From contig NW_021823686.1 in the NCBI RefSeq assembly GCF_006345805.1, positions 1 through 21,440 on the forward strand: a stretch of 21,440 nucleotides of DNA, written 5' to 3'. Made by a program: the position numbers and the translations under genes. Below are positions 19,346-21,440 of the stretch, one piece after another. Within the stretch, counting starts at the first letter, position 1, and every line of letters begins with the position of its first letter. The notes under the pieces are model-generated. The model had not been told where the DNA came from. It searched no databases and saw only the letters and a list, made by a program, of their open reading frames with translations. The DNA comes from Octopus sinensis (Eukaryota).

Positions 19346-20128
19346 AAAATAAGTGAATATGAGTTCAAGTTAACAGAGGGCAAAATGTGAGTTCTTGTTG
19401 AATAAAATGAAATACTTAGGACAAGTAATTGACAAAAACAGTAGAAAACTGGATCTATCAAAGGCAACAACTGTAGAGAATGAATATGCCGACACTGAAA
19501 AATGTAACTGTGCTGCAGGCATTTTTGGGTTTGGTAATTATTACCAAATCTAACGTTCCAAACATACATGATGTAAGGGCCCCACTTAACGATGTAATAC
19601 TTAATGATCAGTTTGAAAAAGAATACAGAATGGCACTGGATGGATAATGCCAGAAGGCATTCGATGAATTGCAAAGTATTTTAACTTTGGACCTATCATC
19701 ATCATCATCATTTAGCGTCCGCTTTCCATGCTAGCATGGGTTAGACGGTTCAACTGGGGTCTGTGAAGCCAGAAGGTTGCACCATGCCCAGTCTGATCTG
19801 GCAGTGTTTCTACGGTTGGATGCCCTTCCTAATGCCAACCACTCCGTGAGTGTAGTGGGTGCTTTTTACGTGCCACCTGCACAGTTGCCAGACAGAGCTG
19901 GCAAACAGCCACAGACGGATGGTGCTTTTTACGTGCCACCGGCATGGGGGCCAGGCGAGGCTGGCAACGGCCACGATCGGATGGCCCTATCATTGACACA
20001 TTTTGATCCAAAGCTGGAAATTACACTGGCTACAGATCCAAGTGAGTACAGTTTAGGAGCCGTACTTTTGCATAAGTACGATGATGGCAATAAAAAGGCT
20101 ATAATCCATGCATCAAGATCGTTATTAT
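19346..20128 (+). pseudogene. Decayed Ty3/Gypsy pol fragment (RT C-terminus, connection, RNase H N-terminus), interrupted by a SINE
   Basis: KCEFLLNKMKYLGQVID...LQAFLGL...QKAFDELQSILTLDL|SLTHFDPKLEITLATDPSEYSLGAVLLHKYDDGNKKAIIHASRSLL, with frameshifts and stops. Confidence 0.88.
19700..19985 (-). mobile_element. Family B SINE-like copy inserted in pol with 8-bp TSD
   Basis: CCTATCAT at 19692-19699 and 19986-19993. The body matches 1240-1465. Confidence 0.93.
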
Positions 20129-20751
20129 GGCATACACGGCATTGAAAGGTGTGCACAAATAGACAGGCATAGTAGTTAGCGGAGGTTCATTTTTCATGGG
20201 TCCAGAAATGAGATTTGAGCCCAGCAAAAGAAAGGCATGATCTGTCACAAAAAGGTCATTGTGATTCACCTTCTTGTTGATTGCAAGTTTTTTCGGCAGC
20301 AAATGCAACAATATTAATTAATGATGAAAGGTTTTTTGGCTAATTTTGAAAGAAAATCAGCACTTGTTTCTTTTTGCTGCTGAAAAAACCGTGCGTGCGT
20401 GGTGGATTTTGAAAGATCATAACATATAAACACATGGCATGTTCTTTATCACCTTGCATGTATATTTTAGCCTTGGCTTCCTGCTGAAGAGAGCAACACC
20501 AATTGTAAATTATTTCATTTATAAAAGATTGCTTGAAACTATGCATAGTCCAGGAAAAATAGGGTAAATGTTTTTATTTTTCATTCCCTTTCAGAATTAC
20601 AACTATTAGTTGTTTGTAGTTTAACTACTCTTTCTAGCGAGTCAGATGACCTGCTATGGCCATCTCTTATGTATTTAAATGTACACTGTATTTTTATATA
20701 TATATACATATATATATTATTATATATATATATATATATATTATATACATA

Positions 20752-21164
20752 TACTCTTTTAAACTCTTTTATTTGTTTCAGTCATTTGACTGTGGCCATG
20801 CTGGAGCACCGCCTTTAGTCGAGCAAATCGACCCCGGGACTTATTCTTTGTAAGCCCAATGCTTATTCTATCGGTCTCTTTTGCCGAACTGCTAAGTGAC
20901 GGGGACGTAAACACACCAGCATCGATTGTCAAGCAATGCTAGGGGGACAAACACAGACACACACCCACACAACACATATATATATATATATATACATATA
21001 TACGACAGGCTTCTTTCAGTTTCCGTCTACCAAATCCACTCACAAGGCATTGTTGGCCCGGGGCTATAGCAGAAGACACTTGCCCAAGATGCCACGCAGT
21101 GGAACGAACCCAGAACCATGTGGTTGGTTAGCAAGCTACTTACCACACAGCCACTCCTCTTGCG

Positions 21165-21167
<3 letters not shown>
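20752..21167 (-). mobile_element. Family A tRNA-derived SINE, full length, embedded in (TA)n
   Basis: Collinear with 17792-18196, with (TA)n tracts on both flanks. Confidence 0.93.
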
Positions 21168-21208
<41 letters not shown>

Positions 21209-21227
21209 TTCATATACACACAAATAT

Positions 21228-21263
<36 letters not shown>

Positions 21264-21335
21264 TATATATATATAAATACGTACATCTATCGATCTATCT
21301 ATCTGTCTGTCTGTTTACGTACATACATATATACA
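21168..21335. repeat. (TA)n/(CA)n/(TCTA)n microsatellites
   Basis: Directly visible. Confidence 0.95.
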
Positions 21336-21440
21336 TTCAAATGTTAAAAGATCTTTTTGGAAATTGTCTTGGGAAGGATAAAACGAGCGAAAAGACATCG
21401 CTTGGCTATAGAAGATGTAGGGCATGTGTTTCTGCTACTA

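Noticed and set aside
20130-20690. Continuation of Gypsy pol, 3' LTR or a host exon
   Set aside because: No integrase motifs, no similarity to 18391-18578, and only short featureless ORFs.

Overview
AT-rich eukaryotic non-coding DNA (intronic or intergenic) made almost entirely of microsatellites and nested mobile-element relics. The repeat repertoire resembles that of Octopus genomes, which is my recognition and not a database result. No intact host protein-coding gene is supported, and nearly all ORFs in the track are translations of (TA)n/(CA)n/(GATA)n/(CAT)n tracts or SINE bodies. Supported content: a complete minimal type I hammerhead ribozyme at 78-122 (+) of the kind carried by Penelope-like elements and retrozymes; about 25 SINE or SINE-like copies and fragments of at least 4 families (A-D are my labels); a non-autonomous Helitron (5032-5418); TTAA/piggyBac-like MITE ends; the 3' end of an RTE-type LINE ORF (8770-9221); a decayed, internally deleted Ty3/Gypsy element with putative LTR, PBS, gag and RT/RNaseH remnants (18391-20128); a ~6 kb microsatellite mosaic; and a (CAT)n tail expanded into a 171-bp higher-order duplication. 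The hammerhead ribozyme and its structured flank are the most interesting signal.
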